In this document: positions 10,501 through 18,592 of the stretch, piece by piece
Numbering within the stretch: the first letter of the stretch is position 1
Layout: each line of letters opens with the position of its first letter
From: Longimicrobiales bacterium
Lineage (GTDB): Bacteria > Gemmatimonadota > Gemmatimonadetes > Longimicrobiales > Gaopeijiaceae
Assembly (NCBI GenBank): GCA_041690395.1
Contig: JAWLHJ010000002.1
Span: 657,099-721,098 of the forward strand
Length of the DNA: 64,000 nt
Direction: 5' to 3'
Made by a program: the position numbers and the translations under genes
The notes under the pieces: generated by a model
What the model was told of the DNA's origin: nothing
Databases searched by the model: none
The model's input: the letters and a program-made list of their open reading frames with translations, nothing else

Positions 10501-11077
10501 CACGACGGTGGAGCTCCCTTGCGTGGTGACGTCGGTGGCCCGCCAGATCTCCCGCAAGGACAGCTCCGAGTGGGGGAAGATCACCGTCGAGGACTTCAAC
10601 GGCACGGCCACGGTCCTGGCGTTCCGCGACGCATGGCAGGACCACAAGGAGATCCTCCAGCAGGACGCGGTCGTGCTCATCACGGGCAAGGTGAGCAACC
10701 GGGAGCGCGACGAGGAGGACCCACCCATCTTCCTCGACTCGGCCCGGGCGTTGGAGGACGTGGCGGAAGCCGGCGAGCTCGCGGTCCAGATCGAGCTCGA
10801 GCTCGGCTCGAATGTCCCCGAGGAGGCGTTCGCGAAGGCGAGGAAGGTGCTGACCGAACACCCCGGCCAGTCCCAGGTGTGGCTCCAGGTCGGAGAGGAC
10901 AACGGCGACCGTGCGCCGAGGCTCCGGTCGAAGTCGCTCGGCGTGACGCCGGACGCCGAGGCCATGGACGCCCTCCAGAAGCTCTTCGGTCGAGGGAACG
11001 TGCGGCTGATCCGGCGGGTGAAGCCGGTGTTCAACGACGAGGAGCCGTTCTGGAAGAGGCGGGAGCGACAGGACTAG
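7502..11077 (+). CDS. dnaE: DNA polymerase III alpha subunit
   Basis: PHP motif HLHTHSEFS, GPGRGSAAGS, catalytic PDIDIDF, YGFNRSHS, QASLF clamp-binding motif. Confidence 0.98.
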   Translation: MSFVHLHTHSEFSLLDGANRLTDLVRKAKEHEMPGLALTDHGCMFGAWNFHKTARKEGLKPIVGMEAYVAPGDRRDKSRSGQGERAYYHLVLLARDLQGYRNLVKLSSIGYTEGFYHKPRIDREVLARYHEGLIVSSACMAGEVARHLQADDWKAAKEAAEWYANLFDGRYYMEVQAHDTEGQAELNKKVLQLADELGLPSVLTNDAHFLQPDDHEAHDILLCIGLGKDRNDPNRMHYDEGLYFKSAEEMAAAFPDRPDVVENTLKIADEVDLVFEKKYFLPEFPVPEEHADETAFLEHLSLVGAKERYGDPLPPEVQERFDYEMGVIKGTGYAGYFLITQDFIRWARDNDIPVGPGRGSAAGSLVAYALGITNLDPLEFDLLFERFLNPERISMPDIDIDFCYERRGEVIEYTRQKYGKDAVGQIITFGTMKSRAVIRDVGRALGFEPGETDKIAKLIPNAPGQAFTVQEAVDKLKEVKVLYESDERHRQLFDYSITLEGLARHASVHAAGVVIAPGPLDEYVPVSIQTGKNGNGDDAMAVTQYDMTSLEEAGMLKMDFLGLKTLTVVYDAVQMVRTRHGVLKNPDTGEEYATIDDVPLDDPAVYKMMARGGTSGIFQFESNLANDKLRAMRCDRFEDLVATNALIRPGPLDSGMTDVFIRRKLGKEAVTYPHPSLEKILEPTHGVIVYQEQVMRIASELAGFTLGEADVLRKAVGKKDAALIKKELGRFVDRAVERGVEKQTAVDLADQIETFGRYGFNRSHSAAYSLISYQTAWLKAHYPAEFMAALLSSVLDSTDSVVKYIGACRDLPRFIPKLEDSVEVLPPDVNESGWKFTVTAGSKIRFGMGAVRGVGHGAVRSILDARENGGPFTSLFDFLERIDTRALNKRACEALIAAGALDAFGHRAQLLAGLDAAYGEVQARAAEIEAGQASLFGDASALPRGAPSLPKIPEWPEPERLAREKAALGFFISGHPLDRFREVVRAFDGVASDTLIEKAGTTVELPCVVTSVARQISRKDSSEWGKITVEDFNGTATVLAFRDAWQDHKEILQQDAVVLITGKVSNRERDEEDPPIFLDSARALEDVAEAGELAVQIELELGSNVPEEAFAKARKVLTEHPGQSQVWLQVGEDNGDRAPRLRSKSLGVTPDAEAMDALQKLFGRGNVRLIRRVKPVFNDEEPFWKRRERQD

Positions 11078-11108
11078 TCCCCTGGCCGGCCGCGCGTGTA
11101 ACACCGGC

Positions 11109-11699
11109 ATGACGAACGCACGCCAGCTCAAGGACCGGCCGGACGGCCCGGCGCACGACGCCGACCACCGGACCCGGCCATCCCACCCGCCGCACGGCGC
11201 CGACCGCGAGAGCCGGGTCGACCCCGATGTGGGCGGCCAACCGCCCGGATATCATCTCCTGCGCGCCGTCACGGTCCTCGACCTGCCGCGGGAAGAGCTC
11301 TTCCCGTTCTTCGCGGCCGCCGAGAATCTGGAGCGCATCACCCCGCCGGCACTCCGCTTCCGGATCGTCACGCCCACTCCGGTGGAGATGCGGCGCGGCA
11401 CCCTGATCGACTACCGGCTGCGGCTGAACGGCATCCCGTTCGGGTGGCGGACCGAGATCACCGAGTGGGATCCGCCGCACGCGTTCACGGACACGCAGCT
11501 ACGCGGACCGTACCACACCTGGGTGCACCGGCACGTCTTCGAGGCGCTCGGTGACCGCCGCACGCGGATGACCGACGAGGTACGATACCGCCTGCCGGCC
11601 TGGCCCCTCGGCGAGGTCGCGCTTCCGGTGGTGCGACGGCAGGTGGCCGCGATCTTCGCGCACCGCAACCGGGTGATCCGGGAGCTGCTGGGCGTCTGA
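11109..11699 (+). CDS. SRPBCC family protein
   Basis: NLERITPP, FTDTQLRGPYHTWVHRHVF, MTDEVRY; true start may be downstream. Confidence 0.85.
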   Translation: MTNARQLKDRPDGPAHDADHRTRPSHPPHGADRESRVDPDVGGQPPGYHLLRAVTVLDLPREELFPFFAAAENLERITPPALRFRIVTPTPVEMRRGTLIDYRLRLNGIPFGWRTEITEWDPPHAFTDTQLRGPYHTWVHRHVFEALGDRRTRMTDEVRYRLPAWPLGEVALPVVRRQVAAIFAHRNRVIRELLGV

Positions 11700-11804
11700 C
11701 CGGGAGAGCTCCGGGAGCTTCCATGGTGGCGCGAGCGGCCGCCCGCGGGAGCCCCCGAAGGAGCCCCCGTGGGCGCACCCGGTTCAGGCGAGGAAGCAGC
11801 CTCG

Positions 11805-12167
11805 CTAGTCGTCCTTGTCGCGATTCAAGGGCGTGATCTTCATCCAATGGGCCTCGACCTGGTCGCGGAGGCTCCGCACCTCTTCGCTGACCTCCGGGTC
11901 GTCGCGCAGGTGGTAGCGCGCGGCCGCGAGCGCCCTGAACGCCCGCCAGAGCGCCTTGGACGCAGTGCTCCGCTTGGACGAAGGGCGGTACTCACCGCGG
12001 ACCTTCGTCAGAACCCAATCCGCCAACTCGTCGTTGACCCGCATGGAGACGGCTTTCTCGCCGTGTTCCTTGGTGATCGTCTCCTGGAGCTTCCGGTTGA
12101 ATCCCTTCGGGACGCCGGCAACCACGAACACCGACAGATCGTCGCGTTCGAGCCAGTCGTGGGCCAT
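11805..12167 (-). CDS. hypothetical helical protein (120 aa)
   Basis: AAAGGA RBS before ATG 12167; TATAAC element upstream; fills the gap between the SRPBCC and ALDH genes. Confidence 0.7.
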   Translation of the reverse strand: MAHDWLERDDLSVFVVAGVPKGFNRKLQETITKEHGEKAVSMRVNDELADWVLTKVRGEYRPSSKRSTASKALWRAFRALAAARYHLRDDPEVSEEVRSLRDQVEAHWMKITPLNRDKDD

Positions 12168-12293
12168 TACCGTTCCTTTGTTTCGGGGGCTGATGCACCG
12201 CGAACTGTTATAGCGCGTATAAGCTGCCAAGTTCCGAAGGCGCTTCAGGTGTGCCATCTTCCGCTCCTGTCCCCCTTCCCCCGCGAAACGCCC

Positions 12294-13853
12294 ATGGACC
12301 GATCCACCATCCTCGACGAGCTCGGCCTCGAAGACGTCAACCTCGGCGGATTCGCCGGTACCTGGTCGGGATCCGGCCCGGAGCTCGAGATCCACAGCCC
12401 CGTCGACGGCTCACGCATCGCATCGGTGCGTGAAGTCACCGAAGACGAATACGACGCCATCGTCGACCGCGCCCACGAAGCCTTCCTGGCGTGGCGTCGC
12501 GTGCCCGCCCCCCTGCGGGGCCAGGTCGTGCGCGCCATCGGAGACGAGCTGCGTCGGAAGAAAGCCGCGCTCGGCGCACTGGTGACGCTGGAGATGGGGA
12601 AGATCCGCGCCGAAGGTGAAGGCGAAGTGCAGGAGATGATCGACATCTGCGACTTCGCCACCGGGCTCTCCAGGCAGCTCTACGGCCTCACGATGCAGAG
12701 CGAGCGGCCGGACCACCACATGCGGGAGCAGTGGCACCCGCTGGGCGTGGTCGGCGTGATCAGCGCGTTCAACTTCCCGGTAGCGGTGTGGAGCTGGAAT
12801 GCCGCCCTGGCCGCGGTGTGCGGCGACAGCACGCTCTGGAAGCCATCCGAGCGGACGCCGCTCACGGCGGTAGCCGTGACGCGCATCGCCGCGGACGTGT
12901 GCCGGGCGCACGACGTCGACCCGGCCGTCTTCTCGCTCGTGGTCGGCAAGGGCGGTACCATCGGCGACCGGATGCTCCACGACCGGCGCGTGCCGCTCGT
13001 GTCCGCGACCGGCTCCACGCGCATGGGCCGTCGCGTGGCGGAGGTGGTCGGGACGCGACTCGGCAAGACGATCCTGGAGCTCGGCGGCAACAACGCGATC
13101 ATCGTGACCCCGAGCGCCAACCTGGAGCTGGTGCTCCCGGCCGTGCTGTTCGGCTCGGTCGGCACCGCCGGCCAGCGCTGCACGAGCACCCGGCGCATCA
13201 TCGTGCACCGGTCGGTGCGGGACGAGTTCGTGCGGCGGCTGGTGCGTGCCTACCAGGACGTGCCCATCGGCGACCCGCTCGAGGACGGCACGCTCATGGG
13301 ACCGGTCCTGAGCCCGGACTCCGTCGACGCCCTCATGGAGGCCAAGGCGGCCGTGGTCGAGGAGGGCGGCGAGATCCTCTACGGAGGCGAGCGGCTCTCG
13401 GGCGACGCCTACCCGGGCGGGCGCTACGTCACGCCCTGCATCGCTTCGGCCGAGAACCACTACCGGATCGTCCAGGAGGAGACGTTCGCGCCGATCCTGT
13501 ACGTCATCCCCTACGGAACCGAAGGCGCGTCGGCCGCCGACGCCGTCGAGGAGATCGAGGAGGCCGTCCGCCTCCACAACGACGTGCCGCAGGGGCTCTC
13601 GTCGGCGATCTTCACGGACAACGTGCGCGAGGCCGAGTATTTCCTCTCGCACCGCGGCAGCGACTGCGGCATCGCGAACGTGAACATCGGGACGTCCGGT
13701 GCCGAGATCGGCGGGGCCTTCGGAGGCGAGAAGGATACCGGCGGCGGGCGCGAGTCCGGCTCCGACGCGTGGAAGGCCTACATGCGGCGGCAGACCAACA
13801 CGGTCAACTGGAGCACCGAGCTTCCGCTCGCCCAGGGGATCTCGTTCGGCTGA
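12294..13853 (+). CDS. aldehyde dehydrogenase family 7 (antiquitin / piperideine-6-carboxylate dehydrogenase-like)
   Basis: EGEGEVQEMIDICDFA, LELGGNN, GTAGQRCT, GAEIGGAFGGEK, GSDAWKAYMRRQT. Confidence 0.92.
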   Translation: MDRSTILDELGLEDVNLGGFAGTWSGSGPELEIHSPVDGSRIASVREVTEDEYDAIVDRAHEAFLAWRRVPAPLRGQVVRAIGDELRRKKAALGALVTLEMGKIRAEGEGEVQEMIDICDFATGLSRQLYGLTMQSERPDHHMREQWHPLGVVGVISAFNFPVAVWSWNAALAAVCGDSTLWKPSERTPLTAVAVTRIAADVCRAHDVDPAVFSLVVGKGGTIGDRMLHDRRVPLVSATGSTRMGRRVAEVVGTRLGKTILELGGNNAIIVTPSANLELVLPAVLFGSVGTAGQRCTSTRRIIVHRSVRDEFVRRLVRAYQDVPIGDPLEDGTLMGPVLSPDSVDALMEAKAAVVEEGGEILYGGERLSGDAYPGGRYVTPCIASAENHYRIVQEETFAPILYVIPYGTEGASAADAVEEIEEAVRLHNDVPQGLSSAIFTDNVREAEYFLSHRGSDCGIANVNIGTSGAEIGGAFGGEKDTGGGRESGSDAWKAYMRRQTNTVNWSTELPLAQGISFG

Positions 13854-13893
13854 GAGGGCGACCGGGCGGCGTGCGGGAAGGTGGGCCGCTCGC

Positions 13894-14604
13894 TCAGGCC
13901 CCAGCCACCCGCTCCAGGAACTTCCGCGCGAGCCGTGGTCCGACACCTTCGTCCTCGTGCTTGAAGAAGACGAACGCCCGGCTCCATCCGGTCGCGGCCA
14001 GTCGCTCCGCCCAGCGGTCGAGGTCCTCGTCCGAATAGGCCGTGCGCCTCAAGCGCACGTACCCCCACGGGGCGGTGGACGTCAGCTCCTCCGGCTCCTC
14101 GGCCTCGTCCGTGTCGGCGTGCACGAGCGCCGCTCCGTGCGACCCGAGAAGGCCGCGCACGTCCGGATCGTCCCATGAGGCGTGCCGGAACTCGAACGCG
14201 GCCGACGCGTCGGCGGGTAGCGTGCCCAGGAACGTCTCGAGCCGCTCGGGATCGGCCTTCATGTTGGGCGGAAGCTGGAAGAGGACGGCTCCCAGCCGCG
14301 GACCCATCTCGGCGAGAGAGCGGAAGAGGAAGTCGGTCGGCTCGACCGACTCGGAGCCGAGCCGGGTGAAGTGCGTGATGCGACGCGACGCCTTGATGAC
14401 GAAGCGGAAGTCGTCCGGGACCTGCTCCCCCCAGGTCCGGACGACCTCCGGCTTCGGCAAGCGGTAGAACGTGTTGTTGATCTCCACGGCGCTCAGCTTC
14501 TGCCCGTAGTGCTCGAGCATGCGGGCGGCCGGAAGGTCCTCCGGGTAGAAGCTGCCCTTCCACGCCGCGTAGCTGTAGCCGCTGGTTCCCACCAACCACT
14601 CCAT
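13894..14604 (-). CDS. DUF72 domain protein
   Basis: VGTSGYSY, VEINNTFY, LFQLPP, EFRHASW; GGAG RBS before ATG 14604. Confidence 0.92.
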   Translation of the reverse strand: MEWLVGTSGYSYAAWKGSFYPEDLPAARMLEHYGQKLSAVEINNTFYRLPKPEVVRTWGEQVPDDFRFVIKASRRITHFTRLGSESVEPTDFLFRSLAEMGPRLGAVLFQLPPNMKADPERLETFLGTLPADASAAFEFRHASWDDPDVRGLLGSHGAALVHADTDEAEEPEELTSTAPWGYVRLRRTAYSDEDLDRWAERLAATGWSRAFVFFKHEDEGVGPRLARKFLERVAGA

Positions 14605-14701
14605 CAGCCTCTCCGGTGCGCACCCGTCCATCGGGGGCGCGGCTCGACCGTGCCCCGAGCCGTCCCGAGCGGTCGGCTCTTTCCGCCTACATCATCGCGC
14701 G

Positions 14702-15127
14702 CTAGGAGCGCTTCTTCCGCTTCTTCGGCTTGCGCCCCTGATTCGGGTGCTTCAGGTGCTTCCAGGTCTCGCCACGCCGGAGCATGTAGATCGTGCTGGG
14801 CGACACGCCCAGCTTACGTGCCCACTCTGCCCCGGAAGACTTCCACCGGTCCTTCTTCTCGTCCCAGTCGTCGAGCACCCTGAGGGCCTGCTTCTCGTTC
14901 AGCTCGCTGTGGGGCGAGTTCTCACCTCGCAGCCACACGTTCGAGCCGTACCAGCGGTCGACCCGCTGGATGGGCCCAGCGATGTTACGTCCGGTGTGGC
15001 CGAGACAGTAGTGGCGAACCTGATCCACCGTGTGCTGCGGGTACATCCGCGCGATCTCAGCGTACAGATAGCCTTCCTCGGCCATCTGCCGCCATTTGAC
15101 GACCAGCGCGCCGTCTGGCTTGGACAT
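14702..15127 (-). CDS. small basic protein with two HTH modules of the homing-endonuclease-associated type
   Basis: GENSPHSELNE..ARKLGVSPSTIYMLRRGETWKH; GGAG RBS; Lys-rich tail. Confidence 0.7.
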   Translation of the reverse strand: MSKPDGALVVKWRQMAEEGYLYAEIARMYPQHTVDQVRHYCLGHTGRNIAGPIQRVDRWYGSNVWLRGENSPHSELNEKQALRVLDDWDEKKDRWKSSGAEWARKLGVSPSTIYMLRRGETWKHLKHPNQGRKPKKRKKRS

Positions 15128-15232
15128 ACGCCTTCTCCTGTGCTATTGGGGGGGTACACGATCGGCTCTAACCGGCGGATAAGCGGATGTTCCCACCGTC
15201 CCCCCGGGAAGCCCATCGCTCCCCAACATATG

Positions 15233-15790
15233 CTACGTGGGACCGTCTCGCCGCAATCTGTGCGCGAAACGCTTCCGGTACTTCGCCACCTTGGGTGCGA
15301 TCACGGCGCGGCAATACGGCTGCTGGCCGTTCTGACTGAAGTAGTCGTCGTGGTACGCCTCGGCCGGATAGAAGGCGCCGACCTCCGCCACCTCGGTAAC
15401 GATCGGATCGTCCCAGACGCCCTCCGCGTCGAGCTCCTCGATGAACGCGCGTGCCTCACGAGCCTGCTCGGGCGTGTGGCAGAAGACCACCGAACGGTAC
15501 TGCGTGCCGACGTCGTTCCCCTGGCGGTTCAGCGTCGTCGGGTCGTGGGTCCCGAAGAAGATCTCGAGGAGATCCCGGAACGCGATCACCTCCGGATCGA
15601 AGTCGACCTGCACGACCTCGGCGTGGCCCGTCGTCCCGGTGCAGACCTGCTCGTACGTCGGGTGCGCGGTGTGTCCGCCCATGTACCCCGACTTCACCCG
15701 GCTCACGCCTTCGGTCATCTGGAAGACGGCTTCCACGCACCAGAAGCAGCCGCCGCCGAAGGTCGCCGTCTGGATGCCGCTGCTGGTCAT
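15233..15790 (-). CDS. msrA: peptide-methionine (S)-S-oxide reductase
   Basis: GGGCFWCVE, GHAEVV, HDPTTLNRQGNDVGTQYRS, AEAYH. Confidence 0.96.
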   Translation of the reverse strand: MTSSGIQTATFGGGCFWCVEAVFQMTEGVSRVKSGYMGGHTAHPTYEQVCTGTTGHAEVVQVDFDPEVIAFRDLLEIFFGTHDPTTLNRQGNDVGTQYRSVVFCHTPEQAREARAFIEELDAEGVWDDPIVTEVAEVGAFYPAEAYHDDYFSQNGQQPYCRAVIAPKVAKYRKRFAHRLRRDGPT

Positions 15791-15865
15791 GGAGTCACTC
15801 CTTGGATGCGTGATCGGTTCGGTGCCCAACGATCATCGGTCCGCACGGGGGACGGAAGGGCTCCA

Positions 15866-16681
15866 TCAGCGACCCTCCACGATCCGGAGGATACGGAAGA
15901 TCTCGTCGGCGACCAGCGCGGGAGCGTCGGAAGAGACGTTCGGGCCGGAGCCCGGCGCGGGAACATGGCGCCCGAACGGCCGGCCGCGGACCAGCTCCTC
16001 GTGCGCTCGCCTGGCCGCCTCGTCCAGGAAGCGGACGTCCCAGTCGTCCTGGGCGTCGCGTGTGGTGGCGGTGACGACCGTGACGGGCATCGCCGGCAAC
16101 CGCGAACTCCTCGCGCGCGCCGCCAGCGACAACGGACGTACCCCGTCGGCGTTGGGCGATGTCCGGCGCGCCATCCACGCCTCCCAGTCCCCGTGGGGCA
16201 TCGCGGGACGCATGAGCCTCGGCAGATCCTCGTGGGTGGGCTCGAGAAGCACGAGACCACCGGGCGTTGTCCGCCTGGACGCAGCGAGCAGGCGCGCGTA
16301 CATCGCGCCCTCGCCCTGACCCACGAGGACGTACCGCGACTGCGTGCCGAGCGCGGCGTGCACGTCCAGAAGATCCTCGAGCAGCTCGAGCCACCCCCGC
16401 TCCGCGGGCTCGCCGTCACCTCCCGGTAGATTCCCCCGGTCGTAGGCGCAAGCGGACACGCCGGGGGCGAGCCACTCCAACACGGTGCGCCAGTCGTCCG
16501 CGCTCCGGCCGGCGTCGTGCAGGAGCACGACCTGCGGCGCCGCGCCGGTGCACAGCGCCCGGACGCTTCCCCCCGCCACCTCGAGGCGCAGCTCCTCCAC
16601 CAGGACGTCCTGGGGCGGTGGCGACACCTGAGCGGGCGCGACGAGCGGCGCGAGCGCGGCCAGCAGGACCCAGCCGGTCAC
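15866..16681 (-). CDS. secreted alpha/beta hydrolase-fold protein lacking catalytic Ser and His
   Basis: CAYDRG, VLVGQGEGA (normally GHSxGG), GSGPNV (normally GSGH); signal peptide. Confidence 0.75.
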   Translation of the reverse strand: MTGWVLLAALAPLVAPAQVSPPPQDVLVEELRLEVAGGSVRALCTGAAPQVVLLHDAGRSADDWRTVLEWLAPGVSACAYDRGNLPGGDGEPAERGWLELLEDLLDVHAALGTQSRYVLVGQGEGAMYARLLAASRRTTPGGLVLLEPTHEDLPRLMRPAMPHGDWEAWMARRTSPNADGVRPLSLAARARSSRLPAMPVTVVTATTRDAQDDWDVRFLDEAARRAHEELVRGRPFGRHVPAPGSGPNVSSDAPALVADEIFRILRIVEGR

Positions 16682-16779
16682 GATGCAGCCCCCGCCATGC
16701 GCCGATGTCCGAGCCTGATCATCTTGTTCTCTCCATCCGTGCGAACGCGTCCACCCTACCCTCGCTCCCGGAGCCGGAA

Positions 16780-17448
16780 GTGTCCATCACGCAGCCCGCC
16801 CGTGCCCTCGTGCTCCTGCTGCTTCCACTGGCGGCGGCCTGTTCGTCCCAGGATGATACGGCTGCAAGAGCCGCGCCGAACCCGCTGCTGCGGCCCGACC
16901 GCTTCACGGCGACCGCGCCGTCCACGTTCCGCGTCCGGTTCGAGACCAGCGAGGGCGACTTCGTCGTGCAGGCCGACCGCGACTGGGCTCCGCTGGGTGT
17001 CGACAGGTTCTACAACCTGGCTGGCGCAGGGTTCTTCGACGACTCCCGGGTCTACCGGGTGGTCGACGGCTTCGTCGCGCAGTTCGGTCTGAACGCCGAC
17101 CCCTACGTGAACCAGGCCTGGAAGACCGAGTACCTGGTCGACGATCCGGTCACGCACTCGAACACCCGGGGTCGCGTGACGTTCGCGAAAGGGGGGCGCC
17201 ACTCCCGCACCACGGAGATCTTCATCAACCTCCGTGACAACCCGCAGCTCGACGACAACGGCTTCGCGCCCATCGGGGAGGTCGTGGAGGGGATGGACGT
17301 GGTGGAGCGCCTCCACGCGGCCTACGGTGACGGTCCGCCGCGCGGCGAGGGACCGTATCAGGCGATGGTCGAGGCGCGCGGCAACGTCTATCTGGACGCC
17401 GAGTTCCCGGAGCTCACCCGCATCGAGCGCGCGACCATCGAGCCGTGA
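16780..17448 (+). CDS. cyclophilin-type peptidyl-prolyl isomerase, lipoprotein
   Basis: WAPLGVDRFYNL, YRVVDGFVAQFG, IFINL, GFAPIGEVVEGMDVV; lipobox AAAC; GTG start with GGAG RBS. Confidence 0.9.
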   Translation: MSITQPARALVLLLLPLAAACSSQDDTAARAAPNPLLRPDRFTATAPSTFRVRFETSEGDFVVQADRDWAPLGVDRFYNLAGAGFFDDSRVYRVVDGFVAQFGLNADPYVNQAWKTEYLVDDPVTHSNTRGRVTFAKGGRHSRTTEIFINLRDNPQLDDNGFAPIGEVVEGMDVVERLHAAYGDGPPRGEGPYQAMVEARGNVYLDAEFPELTRIERATIEP

Positions 17449-17460
17449 GATCGCCTCCGC

Positions 17461-17814
17461 TCAGGGACACCCCGTGCAGGCCGGCGCTTCGGGCATGACG
17501 AAGAGCCGCTCGAACGCGATCTCGCCACCGCACCGGGTGCACACCCCGTAGGTGCCTGCCTCCATCCGCTTCAGCGCCTCGACCAGCAGCCCCAACTTCG
17601 CCTGCTCGCGCTGGCGGAGGTTCTTCGTGAGTCCCTGGTTCTGCAGGGAGTCGATGCGGGAAAGCCGCCCCACCGCGGTCTGATCGAGCTTGACGGGGCG
17701 GAGCGCCTCGTCGGTCACCATCATGCTGCGCTCGAGGCGCGCGAGCTCACGGTCCAGCTCCGCGCGCAGGGCGTCGAGTTGCTCCGACGTCAGGTGTCCC
17801 GATGTCTTTCCCAT
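17461..17814 (-). CDS. TraR/DksA family C4 zinc-finger protein
   Basis: Coiled coil followed by ALKRMEAGTYGVCTRCGGEIAFERLFVMPEAPACTGC. Confidence 0.9.
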   Translation of the reverse strand: MGKTSGHLTSEQLDALRAELDRELARLERSMMVTDEALRPVKLDQTAVGRLSRIDSLQNQGLTKNLRQREQAKLGLLVEALKRMEAGTYGVCTRCGGEIAFERLFVMPEAPACTGCP

Positions 17815-17824
17815 GCGCCGCGCC

Positions 17825-18481
17825 CTACCAGGCGTTCCGGATCTCGGTTCGCGAGATCGAGTCGAGGCCCGGATATCGGCGATCCAGGAAATCATTTCCG
17901 GACGCGAGGATCGAGTCCTCCATGGGGACGATCACGTCGCCGTATTCCGCGTTGAACCCCTCGGCGACCTCGAGGCCGGAGACCACGCGGCCGATCGGCG
18001 GGAAACCCGCCACTCCATCTCCGCTCCAGCTGTCGAGGAAGGTGTTGTCGACGAGATTCACGAAGAGCACGAAGTTGCGCGACTCGGGCCCCGCGCGCCC
18101 GAACGCGACGGCCCCACGCACGTTGGAGGCGCGTACCGGCTCGTCGGGAAGCCTGCGTCCATACCAGAGGGTGTCGAGCTCCGGGCGGCCGCTGTAGCCG
18201 AACTGCACGTACTGGTCGTTCACCCGGTAGAAGCGGGCGCCCTCGTAGAACTCCGCCTGCACGAGCTCCCAGACGCGGTCGACCGCCAACGGCGACCATG
18301 CGCGGTGGAAGCGCGTCACGATCTCGCCGCCGCTCGTATGGAACGCCAAGTCGAAGGAGTCGGGCGCCTGATCGGTGTCCGTCATGGCCTCGCCGGGCGC
18401 CTCGCCACCGCACGCCACCGCGAACACGACTCCGGCCAGGAGCCACGAGGCGACCTTGGGAACGGTTGACGAGCGTGTCAC
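17825..18481 (-). CDS. second cyclophilin-type PPIase, lipoprotein
   Basis: C-terminal part of the 597-aa ORF: lipobox AVAC, WSPLAVDR, FYRV..VQFG, SNVRGAVAF, FPPIGRVVSGLEV. Confidence 0.82.
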   Translation of the reverse strand: MTRSSTVPKVASWLLAGVVFAVACGGEAPGEAMTDTDQAPDSFDLAFHTSGGEIVTRFHRAWSPLAVDRVWELVQAEFYEGARFYRVNDQYVQFGYSGRPELDTLWYGRRLPDEPVRASNVRGAVAFGRAGPESRNFVLFVNLVDNTFLDSWSGDGVAGFPPIGRVVSGLEVAEGFNAEYGDVIVPMEDSILASGNDFLDRRYPGLDSISRTEIRNAW

Positions 18482-18592
18482 GTTTAGACTGGCTCCGGCC
18501 TGAAGGACACAGAACTTCCTCGAGCTGCGGCTCGATCCATGATAGCGGGGCCACGTGACGCGCGGCACCCAGCGGCACCCACAGGAGAACCG

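Noticed and set aside
7502..11077. Possible intein or split in dnaE
   Set aside because: Length is normal (1191 aa) and no intein C/S...HN motifs or LAGLIDADG blocks were seen
7457..11131. 1224-aa minus-strand ORF and the many other long antisense or alternate-frame ORFs (e.g. 1353-3251, 43927-46428, 46447-48555)
   Set aside because: Shadow ORFs of real genes in high-GC DNA; Arg/Pro/Gly-rich or antisense-biased composition and no motifs
11769..12293. 175-aa N-terminal extension of the ALDH ORF
   Set aside because: It overlaps a better-supported minus-strand gene; ALDH similarity starts at ATG 12294
15233..15790. MsrA as a second selenoprotein
   Set aside because: Active site is GCFWC with Cys codons and no in-frame TGA
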